Part shown: piece by piece, positions 26,929 through 35,380 of the stretch
Position numbering within the stretch: the stretch's first letter is position 1
How the letters are laid out: each line of letters starts with the position of its first letter
Source of the DNA: an uncultured bacterium
GTDB taxonomy: Bacteria > Zixibacteria > MSB-5A5 > CAIYYT01
NCBI GenBank assembly: GCA_963726455.1
Contig: CAVSCK010000004.1
Span: 231,844-295,843 of the forward strand
Reading direction: 5' to 3'
Length of the DNA: 64,000 nucleotides
The notes under the pieces: model-generated
Told to the model about the DNA's origin: nothing
The model's database searches: none
What the model saw: the letters and a program-made list of their open reading frames with translations, nothing else
Made by a program: the position numbers and the translations under genes

Positions 26929-28218
26929 ATGAAACGGCTGTTGTTCTTATTTGAGGATGATCGCGCGGACGACTTCTATCCGCTCAGTCTGTCGCATAGC
27001 GTCGCGGAATTGCAGTGCGGCATTCTGTCCCTGGGTGACAAATGGTCGGCACGGATCGATAGCGATGAGGTGCGGCTGATCACGCGGCCGGCATTACAGG
27101 CATATCTCACCGAGAATCTGCAGCGGCCGGTAAATTTCTTCGATAACGTTGACGCCGAACAAATAATCTTTGCGAATCCCCGCTTCCAGCCAACAGAAGA
27201 GGCCGTTGAAGCGATTGAATCCGAAACAAAAGAGCGGGCGTTTGCTTGCGGCGGGATGCTGGTAGCCATCACCTGCACAACGGGGAGCAGAATCTGGGAG
27301 TCATTGAAGGTGGCTAAGACCGGAGATTACTACCACATTCTGGCGGAATGGGCAAAGGGGCTTAATCAAATTGAACTAAAGCTAAAATCAGTGCGCTATT
27401 TGTGGGACATCGTTCATCGCAACTCCAACGAGATCGAGCTCGACTTCGATTTGTTGGTTCCGGAACTGGACTTTTCGCAAGTGTTCGAAGGATCGGAGAT
27501 TGATGATGACGCGCTGATCTATAACCTCGACGATGTATACATCGGCAAGGGAACCCAAATCGACGGGCAGGTCGTAATTGACGCTCGGCCAGGGGCCGTC
27601 TATATCGGTGAGAAGGTCTCGATCTTTCCGCATACACGCGTGGAAGGCCCGGCCTATATCGGCGACTACTGCCAACTGGTCGGCGGCAAGATACGCACCG
27701 GATGTTCATTCGGGCCAAACTGCCGCATCGGCGGCGAGGTGGAAGAGTCGATCTTCATGGGATACTCCAACAAGTACCACGACGGATTTATCGGCCATTC
27801 CTATATTGGTGAGTGGGTGAACCTCGGCGCGCTGACAACTAATTCCGATCTCAAGAACAACTACGGCAATATCAAAGTTGAAATGCCGACAGGACTGATC
27901 GACTCCGGCCTCAACAAAGTCGGCAGCATGATCGGCGACCACACCAAGACCGGCATCGGCACATTGCTGACGACCGGCATGGTGCTCGGTTTCGCTACTA
28001 ACTTGTTTGGTGGTGGGTTGGCGGGTGGCAGGGCGTTGCCATCATTTACGTGGGGCGGACGCGACGGCTTCGTGGAGCACCGCGTGGAGGATGCGATCGA
28101 AACGGCGAAAGTTGTGATGTCGCGACGCGGGAGAAAGTTCGGTGCGGTGGAGGAAGAGTTGTTCAGGCAGGTGTTTGAGCAGTCGCAGTCTCTTCGTCAA
28201 CAACAATTGAGCAAGTGA
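26929..28218 (+). CDS. left-handed beta-helix (hexapeptide-repeat) protein with degenerate nucleotidyltransferase-like N-terminus (GlmU/GlgC-like)
   Basis: The C-terminal half has tandem hexapeptide repeats (VYIGKGTQIDGQVVIDARPGAVYIGEKVSIF...). The N-terminus lacks a GxGxR nucleotide-binding loop. Confidence 0.6.
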   Translation: MKRLLFLFEDDRADDFYPLSLSHSVAELQCGILSLGDKWSARIDSDEVRLITRPALQAYLTENLQRPVNFFDNVDAEQIIFANPRFQPTEEAVEAIESETKERAFACGGMLVAITCTTGSRIWESLKVAKTGDYYHILAEWAKGLNQIELKLKSVRYLWDIVHRNSNEIELDFDLLVPELDFSQVFEGSEIDDDALIYNLDDVYIGKGTQIDGQVVIDARPGAVYIGEKVSIFPHTRVEGPAYIGDYCQLVGGKIRTGCSFGPNCRIGGEVEESIFMGYSNKYHDGFIGHSYIGEWVNLGALTTNSDLKNNYGNIKVEMPTGLIDSGLNKVGSMIGDHTKTGIGTLLTTGMVLGFATNLFGGGLAGGRALPSFTWGGRDGFVEHRVEDAIETAKVVMSRRGRKFGAVEEELFRQVFEQSQSLRQQQLSK

Positions 28219-28389
28219 AGATCACCTCGTCTTTAGCATGCTAGATCCGGTTAATCTGTCAAAAACAAAGGATTTGACCTGCTGTCAAGAGCAGAGTATG
28301 TTCCTGAGGTTGGATTGGGGGATTGTGAGCCGATAATATCATGTGTGTCACAAACCTAGGAATTCAAACCCGTTCGCGAGGGTAACACA

Positions 28390-29391
28390 TTGCCAGAACT
28401 GCGTAAGGATCCGATTGTTGGCCGCTGGGTGATCATTTCTACGGAAAGAGGCAAACGCCCCAGCGATTTTACCGGCACTGAAAAGCGAAAAGAACCACGT
28501 TCCTGCCCGTTTTGTCCCGGCAATGAGTCCATGACGCCTCCGGAAATCTTCTCGGTGCGCGACGCCGGCACGCGGCCCAATACGCCGGGCTGGCAGTTGA
28601 GGGTGATATCGAATAAGTACCCGGCACTTAAGATCGAGGGCGACCTCAATCGCGAGGGCGAAGGAATGTTCGACCGGATGAATGGCATCGGCGCGCACGA
28701 AGTGGTGATTGAGACGCCGGACCATTACAAGGACTTGGTCGATCTCGAGGTGAATGAAATCACACAGGTAATGCTGGCCAAACGTGACCGCATCGAAGAT
28801 CTCAAGCGGGACATGCGATTCAAGTACGTGATGGTGTTCAAGAATCAGGGTGAAGCGGCGGGAGCTTCGCTGGAGCACTCACATTCGCAGTTGATCGCCA
28901 CGCCGGTCATTCCCAAGCGGGTACAGGAAGAAATCGAGGGGAGCCAGAAGTATTTCAACTACAAGGAACGTTGCGTTTTTTGCGATATCGTCAGGCAGGA
29001 ACTCGGCGCTGGTACGCGCGTCGTAGCGGAATCGGACGAATTTGTGGCCGTCGCTCCCTTTGCGCCAAGATTTCCGTTCGAGACCTGGTTGCTACCGAAG
29101 AAGCACGAAAGCAATTTCCTGAATGTATCAAATCGTCTGCTTGAAGAATATTCGCGGCTGCTTAAGTCCGTACTGGGCAAGTTGAAGGCCGCGCTGTCCA
29201 ATCCTCCCTACAACTATGTGCTGCATACCGACACGCTAAGTACAATCGCCCGCGATCAATACCACTGGCATTTGGAAATCATTCCCAAGTTGAGCCGCGT
29301 CGCCGGCTTTGAATGGGGCACCGGATTCTACATCAATCCCGTTTCTCCGGAGGATGCTGCGGCCTATCTGCGTGAGGTCGAAGTCAAGTAA
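28390..29391 (+). CDS. galactose-1-phosphate uridylyltransferase family (class I, HIT-like) nucleotidyltransferase
   Basis: A zinc site (CPFCPGNE) and the HxHxQ active site (HSHSQ) are present. The ORF track's start codon is TTG. The substrate is not assignable from sequence. Confidence 0.75.
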   Translation: MPELRKDPIVGRWVIISTERGKRPSDFTGTEKRKEPRSCPFCPGNESMTPPEIFSVRDAGTRPNTPGWQLRVISNKYPALKIEGDLNREGEGMFDRMNGIGAHEVVIETPDHYKDLVDLEVNEITQVMLAKRDRIEDLKRDMRFKYVMVFKNQGEAAGASLEHSHSQLIATPVIPKRVQEEIEGSQKYFNYKERCVFCDIVRQELGAGTRVVAESDEFVAVAPFAPRFPFETWLLPKKHESNFLNVSNRLLEEYSRLLKSVLGKLKAALSNPPYNYVLHTDTLSTIARDQYHWHLEIIPKLSRVAGFEWGTGFYINPVSPEDAAAYLREVEVK

Positions 29392-29424
29392 GAGATAGTT
29401 ATAACCCAGGGAAGGGTTTGCAAT

Positions 29425-30913
29425 ATGAAAAAGCTCAATATCGTATACGTCGCCAGCGAGGTGACGCCATACTCTAAAACCGGTGGACTGGCCGATGTGG
29501 CAGGCGCATTGCCGCAGGAACTAGCTGCTCTCAAGAACAAGGTTGCCGTATTTTCGCCGCGATATTCCTCAGTCGACAGAAGCAAATTCAATCTGACCGA
29601 AGTCAAGGAAATTGGCTCACCGGCAGTCACGGTTGGTGGCCGGGAATACAAGTTCAGTCTGTGGAAACGCAATGATAAGACTCCGGGGCTGGAGACATAT
29701 TTCATCGACAACGCGGAGTTGTTCGGCAGAAACGGCCTCTATCAGGATCCGGTAACTGTCAAAGATTATCCCGACAATGATATTCGATTTGTGATGTTTG
29801 CCAAAGCCGTGCTGCACTCATTGCAGAAATTGGGCTTCCAACCAGACATCATCAATGCTAACGACTGGCAGAGTTCAATGATCGTGGCGTATCTCAAAAC
29901 CACCGAAAAGGGCAATTCATTTTTCGCCGGCACCCGGACAGTCATCACAATTCACAATGTTGCCTATCAGGGTTTGTTTCCAGCCGAGCGATTCGATGTG
30001 CTGGGCGTTGATCGTTCGCTGCTCTATCCGATGTCGCCATTCGAATTCTGGGGCAAAGTCAATCTGCTGAAGGCCGGGATCGTCTACGCGGACGTGGTCA
30101 ACACGGTGAGCAAGACTTACGCCGAAGAGATACAAACTACGGACGAATTCGGTTACGGCTTGGAAGGTGTGTTGCGCGATCGTCGCCGGGACTTGTTCGG
30201 AGTGGTAAACGGTGTCGACTACGATCTCTGGTCGCCCGAGCAAGACAAGTTGATCGCAAAGCAATTTGATCCTGAGACGTTGGACGATAAAGCCGCCAAC
30301 AAGCAGAAACTGCTGCTGGTTTCCAAGTTGAGCAAAGACAGACTGGACAAACCGCTAATCGGCGTAATCAGCCGACTGGCGCCTCAAAAAGGTTTCGATC
30401 TTATTGAGGAGATAGCTGCAGAAATTGTTTGCGCTCGATTTTACTTTTGTGCTGCTCGGTACAGGTGACAAGGTTTATCATAAGCTGTTCGAGAATTTGC
30501 AGGCGAAGTATCCTGACCGTATCAAAGCCAATCTGCTGTTCGACAATACGCTGGCGCATCAGATAGAGGCAGGCGCCGATATGTTCCTGATGCCCTCCCG
30601 CTACGAACCGTGCGGACTGAACCAGCTTTACAGTCTCAAGTACGGCACCGTGCCGATTGCCCGCAAAACCGGCGGGTTGGCAGATACGATCTTCGACGAA
30701 AGGACCAACAAGGGCAAGGGGACAGGGTTCTTGTTCGAGGAATATAAAGGGGCAGCGCTCTTGGAGTGTATCGAAACAGCACTGGAATTTTATCGCAACA
30801 AACGCAGTTGGAAATCGTTAATGAAGCGCGGCATGAAGAAAGACTTCTCCTGGAAGAAATCTGCGAAAGAGTACCTCGCGCTATATGAGCGCGCACTCGC
30901 GGGCGGGAAGTAA
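29425..30913 (+). CDS. glgA: glycogen synthase (GT5), reading frame interrupted by a +1 frameshift near 30420-30430
   Basis: The N-terminal ORF (29425-30468; KTGGL motif at residues 18-22) and the C-terminal ORF (30425-30913; VLLGTGD, RYEPCGL motifs) together form one ~495-aa GlgA. The overlap lies in the attgtttg context. Confidence 0.7.
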
Positions 30914-31025
30914 GTCCTGGATGCCGATAGGGGGGGCAGCGAAACAAGTTCGACCGCTGCCAGAGCACTTGTCGTTCCAAAGGTCTCAATAATCTGAAAT
31001 ATGCAAAATCTCGATGGGAGGATTT

Positions 31026-32975
31026 ATGGTCTTTAACCAGTACTACTATATAGCGCTGGGCGTAGTCGCCTTCTTCATAGTCTTCATATTGCCGTCTATC
31101 CGCAATATCGGGCAGACCGAAGTGGGCTTGGTGTACAAGCGCTTTTCGAGCAAGAAACTTTCGGAAGGAAATCCGATTGCATTCCGAGGCGAGGCGGGAT
31201 ACCAGGCCGAACTACTAATGCCGGGATTTCGGTTCAAATTCTGGGTGCTGTACGGAGTTCGCAAGTATCCATGGGTTCAGGTACCGGCCGGCGAAATTGG
31301 AGTGGTCATCGCGCAGATAGGACAGCCATTGCCCGTCGGCGCCAAATCGGCAATCTACAAAGAGGAGTTTGGCAATTTCTCTGACGTTACGAAGTTTGTA
31401 ACTGCCGGAGGACAGAAGGGCGTGCAACGTCCGGTGTTGCCTCCGGGATCATTGGTACCTATCCACCCGGTGGCCTTTCTCGTAATCAACAAAGCGAAAG
31501 TGTTCGGCATGCCGGTCGACCCTGATATCCTGCGGAGGGTCAGCCGCGACGAGCGTTCACTCACACCGACATCTTTCGGGTTGACGCCGCAACAGTTGGA
31601 AGTCGTCAGAATCGAACCGAGTCCCTTTGGCGAAAAGGAAGAGGCGGTTGACACCGTCGGAGTGGTGACAACGTATGAAGGTCCGCCACTGGAAGCCGGT
31701 GACATCGCCTGTCGGCTGGGCGGCTTTGAAGATCTGCAAGAGATGGAGCGGCAGGGCAAAACCGACGCCGACATCATGGAGATTATTCTGGCCAGCAAGA
31801 ATAATATCCATAACAACTTTCAAGACTTTCAGAAATTTCTCGATTCAGGCGGCAAGATCGGCTTGCAGCATGACGTGCTACTTTATGGCGCCTACAACCT
31901 GAACCCGTTTCTGGTCAGGGTTGAACTGGTGCCGATGCTGATTATCGAGCAGGGCGAGGTCGCGGTCATCAAGTCATATGTGGGGCTGGCAACGCAGGAC
32001 ACGTCGGGCTCGACGTTCAAATATGGTTCATTGGTCAGACCGGGACACCGCGGCGTTTGGCAGGAACCGTTCCGAACCGGCAAGTACGCGATCAATCCGC
32101 GCATATATAATCCAGAGATCGTGCCGACGGCGATCCTGACACTGAATTGGGCGGATGCAACGTCGAAGGCGCATAATCTCGACCGCGAGTTGCGACAGAT
32201 TGTAGCGAAGTCGCGCGAGGGCTTTATATTCAACATAGATCTGCAGGTGCAGATCCATGTTCCGGATACGCTGGCGCCGCGCGTGATTTCGATGGTCGGA
32301 ACCATGCAAAATCTCGTGAACGAAGTATTGCAGGCGGCGGTCGGCAATCATTTCCGCGACAAACTGCAGAGTATGCCGGCGGTAGTATTCATTGAGACAC
32401 GCGGCGAAGTGCAGGCGAAGGCGCTCGAGTTGATAACCGAGAAACTGTCGGTCTATCAGGTAGAAACGAAGGGAGTCTACATTCAGGATGTAGTCTTCCC
32501 GCAAGAACTGGTAAAGGTCTTGACGACGCGCGAAATTGCGAATCAGGAGATCGAAACCTACAAGAAAGAGAGAGCCGCACAGGATCAGCGCATCGAGATG
32601 GAAGCCGCGCGCGGCACCGCTGATATGCAAAAGGATCTGGCGGCTGCGAGAGTCGGCGTGGATATTCAGAAGAATAATGCCGAAGCGCGCAAGGCACAGG
32701 CGGATGGTGAGGCAACGTATTTGGAAAAAGTTGGTTTGGCAAAAGGCGCCGAACCGCGCTCGGTGGGATTGGCCAATGCCGAGGCCTATTCCAAACAAGT
32801 GCAAGCTCTCGGTATGCAGGGTACGATGTGGGTCAACATCGCTAATGCGCTGTCCAAGGGCCAACAGCCGTTCATGCCGAATATTCTGGTAGCCGGCAGC
32901 GGCGGCAACGCTATTGAGGCGCTTGCCGCAGCACTGACCGGCAAGGTCTCGCAACCAGAGAAATCAGCGAAATAG
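31026..32975 (+). CDS. flotillin-like SPFH/band-7 domain protein
   Basis: An N-terminal membrane anchor is followed by an SPFH domain and a long Ala/Glu/Gln-rich coiled-coil C-terminus. A GGGAGGA RBS precedes the ATG at 31026. Confidence 0.75.
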   Translation: MVFNQYYYIALGVVAFFIVFILPSIRNIGQTEVGLVYKRFSSKKLSEGNPIAFRGEAGYQAELLMPGFRFKFWVLYGVRKYPWVQVPAGEIGVVIAQIGQPLPVGAKSAIYKEEFGNFSDVTKFVTAGGQKGVQRPVLPPGSLVPIHPVAFLVINKAKVFGMPVDPDILRRVSRDERSLTPTSFGLTPQQLEVVRIEPSPFGEKEEAVDTVGVVTTYEGPPLEAGDIACRLGGFEDLQEMERQGKTDADIMEIILASKNNIHNNFQDFQKFLDSGGKIGLQHDVLLYGAYNLNPFLVRVELVPMLIIEQGEVAVIKSYVGLATQDTSGSTFKYGSLVRPGHRGVWQEPFRTGKYAINPRIYNPEIVPTAILTLNWADATSKAHNLDRELRQIVAKSREGFIFNIDLQVQIHVPDTLAPRVISMVGTMQNLVNEVLQAAVGNHFRDKLQSMPAVVFIETRGEVQAKALELITEKLSVYQVETKGVYIQDVVFPQELVKVLTTREIANQEIETYKKERAAQDQRIEMEAARGTADMQKDLAAARVGVDIQKNNAEARKAQADGEATYLEKVGLAKGAEPRSVGLANAEAYSKQVQALGMQGTMWVNIANALSKGQQPFMPNILVAGSGGNAIEALAAALTGKVSQPEKSAK

Positions 32976-32993
32976 CACCGATAAATCAGCTTG

Positions 32994-33021
32994 CAGGGAT
33001 AACCAGATGAGGTTGTCCCTG
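32994..33021 (+). terminator. candidate terminator hairpin
   Basis: An 11-bp stem (cagggataacc/ggttgtccctg, one G-U) lies downstream of the flotillin gene. The following U-tract is weak. Confidence 0.35.
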
Positions 33022-33052
33022 TGAGCAACTTATTTCCCTAACATCCGATACC

Positions 33053-33730
33053 ATGATGAAAGGAATCGCAGTGGAACCGTACGTGACAACGAATTCGATT
33101 TCGGAAAAGGCAAAGGTTTGGCTGGAAACGATCGCTCCATTCAATACTCACAAAATGGAACTCAAGAAGGGCAAATCCGCGCTCCTGGTTATCGATATGC
33201 AGGAGTTCTTCCTTGATCCAACGTCGCCGACATTCACTTGCGGCGGGCTGGCGATTCTGCCGAACGTCAAGCGGCTAGTCGACGCGTTCAGGAAGGCCGG
33301 TCGCCCAGTGATTTACACCAAGCATGTACATCACCCTGAGGGCTTTGATGCCGGTATCATGAAATGGTGGTGGCCCGGAATGTGCCTGGAGGGCAGTCCC
33401 GAGAGCGAGGTTCACCGCGAGTTGGCGCCGCTTGACTCCGAAAAGGTTATTAACAAGCACCGTTACTCGTCTTTTTACAATACTGACCTGGAAACGGTGC
33501 TTCGCTGCCTGAAGGTGGAGGATGTGGTCATTTCCGGTATCATGACCAATATGTGTTGCGAGTCGACGGCGCGGGATGCCTACTATCGCGACTACCGCGT
33601 GTACTTTCTGGCCGATGGAACGGGAAGCATCACCGAAGCAATGCATGTTGCCAGTCTCCTGAATCTGGCGTTCGGGTTTGCTTATGTGTCGAAGACTGAG
33701 GACGTGATCAGGCAATTGCAGGATCAATGA
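33053..33730 (+). CDS. isochorismatase-family cysteine hydrolase
   Basis: The LLVIDMQ motif is present, with a catalytic Cys in the GIMTNMCCEST region. Confidence 0.8.
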   Translation: MMKGIAVEPYVTTNSISEKAKVWLETIAPFNTHKMELKKGKSALLVIDMQEFFLDPTSPTFTCGGLAILPNVKRLVDAFRKAGRPVIYTKHVHHPEGFDAGIMKWWWPGMCLEGSPESEVHRELAPLDSEKVINKHRYSSFYNTDLETVLRCLKVEDVVISGIMTNMCCESTARDAYYRDYRVYFLADGTGSITEAMHVASLLNLAFGFAYVSKTEDVIRQLQDQ

Positions 33731-33896
33731 TGACACGAAACATCGAACGAATAGCAGTTTTTGCTTGACAGACTGATCCTTATTCTCTTATTTTGCTGTT
33801 GTCGTAGATACATACAATTCGTTTCGCAAACAAGTGACAGCCGGCCTTCGGATTTGGCTGTTGGCGTACTTTAATCTGTTCTCAGCAGGAGGGTGT

Positions 33897-34868
33897 ATGC
33901 ACAAACTGCAGTTGCTCGTTGCTTCAGTCGTGACAATCGTGTGCTTGTCAGCGCCGCTGTTGGCGCAGGACACCGGCATACCCGACACTGTCTACTATGG
34001 TGACAACGGCAAGGCCTACGGCTATTCGGGCGGCGTCTTTAGAGTACCAGTGTACGTAACGTCAGACCAAAGTCTTCAGGGAATCTGTCTTGGCATGGAA
34101 TTCGGACTCAACACGAGCGGCCTCGTATTTGATTCGCTTTCAAAGTTAGGAAGCATCTTTTGGAACAACCAGTATTTTGACGTATCCAACCACTTTCTGA
34201 TGACGAACCTCCTGGGATGTAATCCACCAAATCCGGATACAGTAGGATTCGGCGGTGCCTCGAATAGTCGGCCTCTTCCGGCTGGAAGGTACAAACTTTG
34301 TGATGTGTTCTTTCATGGAGCAAGTATTGGTGACCAGATTGCAGCAGATTCGGCCTGGTTTCCGCAGGCCGGGAATTTCATATTCGTTCCCTATTCACAG
34401 GGCGCCTGGAATGACTACGTTCCCCGATTCGTTGGGGGATCTCTGACAATAGCACAAGGAACGCCAGAGTTCTTCAGTACGCTTCCGGCGCAGATTAACG
34501 GTATTGGCGGCAATGTAGTAACATTCTCATTCGGTGCTGAGGGCACATTTCCGCCGGTTACGATTGCGCTAGATAGTCTCCGTAAGGTATCGAGTGGCGC
34601 GCTGCCGTTTTCCGCACCGGTCTGCGCGACAGGGAATCCAGTGACATTCAACTGGAGCTCGTTGTATTACGAGGTCGGAACCTGGACCGCGTTCTTCACT
34701 GCCACTGACGGCGCGATGCATACTCAGCAACTGACGACTTCTATATTGATGTCTCCCGGAGCGAATTATGGCGACGCCAACTGCGATGGAGTCATTGATA
34801 TCTCCGACGTGGTTTACCTGATTGGCTTCATATTTACGCCGGGTTCTCCAGCGCCGTGTACACAGTGA
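33897..34868 (+). CDS. secreted protein with single C-terminal dockerin-like Ca-binding repeat
   Basis: The signal peptide is MHKLQLLVASVVTIVCLSAPLLAQD. The C-terminal GDANCDGVIDISDVVYLIGFIF matches the dockerin type-I repeat pattern. The protein ends shortly after this repeat and has no T9SS C-terminal domain. Confidence 0.5.
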   Translation: MHKLQLLVASVVTIVCLSAPLLAQDTGIPDTVYYGDNGKAYGYSGGVFRVPVYVTSDQSLQGICLGMEFGLNTSGLVFDSLSKLGSIFWNNQYFDVSNHFLMTNLLGCNPPNPDTVGFGGASNSRPLPAGRYKLCDVFFHGASIGDQIAADSAWFPQAGNFIFVPYSQGAWNDYVPRFVGGSLTIAQGTPEFFSTLPAQINGIGGNVVTFSFGAEGTFPPVTIALDSLRKVSSGALPFSAPVCATGNPVTFNWSSLYYEVGTWTAFFTATDGAMHTQQLTTSILMSPGANYGDANCDGVIDISDVVYLIGFIFTPGSPAPCTQ

Positions 34869-35094
34869 CATAGATGCGCTGGGACTGACATCTCGATTCC
34901 CCATACGGAATTGGGCTCAGTCAACCGGGTACCTTCATTTTGGACCAGATATCGGTACTGCACAATGGGATAACGTCGTGATCCCTTCCGGAATGAGTCC
35001 GGAAGGGATTGCGACAATCCGCTGTCCTGACAGTAAATTATTTTGTTGACAGCCGCCGATTAGACGATATATTTGGACGCTAGATGCTAGTGAC

Positions 35095-35167
35095 GCGGGA
35101 ATAGCTCAGTTGGTAGAGCTCTACCTTGCCAAGGTAGTTGTCGCGGGTTCGAGTCCCGTTTCCCGCT
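35095..35167 (+). tRNA. tRNA-Gly (GCC)
   Basis: A manual cloverleaf gives a 7-bp acceptor, anticodon loop TTGCCAA and T-loop TTCGAGT. No CCA is encoded. Confidence 0.9.
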
Positions 35168-35248
35168 CTTTCTTATGCCGGGGTAACTCCTTGGGATTCC
35201 AAGGGTACCCGACCAGTAGAAAAGGCGTCGCAACCGTTTAGTCATTCC

Positions 35249-35323
<75 letters not shown>

Positions 35324-35380
35324 ATTCTCCAAGAAGTCTTTGTAAGCTGGAAGGTTGAGTGATTCTGTCGGCGTGTGCCG

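Noticed and set aside
28348-28878. 176-aa minus-strand ORF
   Set aside because: It overlaps the GalT-like gene on the antisense strand and has no motifs.
34822-35049. Possible frameshifted continuation supplying a second dockerin repeat for the 33897-34868 protein
   Set aside because: The translated frame (…VHSDIDALGLTSRFPIRNW…) lacks the D-x-D/N-x-D-G Ca-binding pattern, so there is no support for a second repeat.
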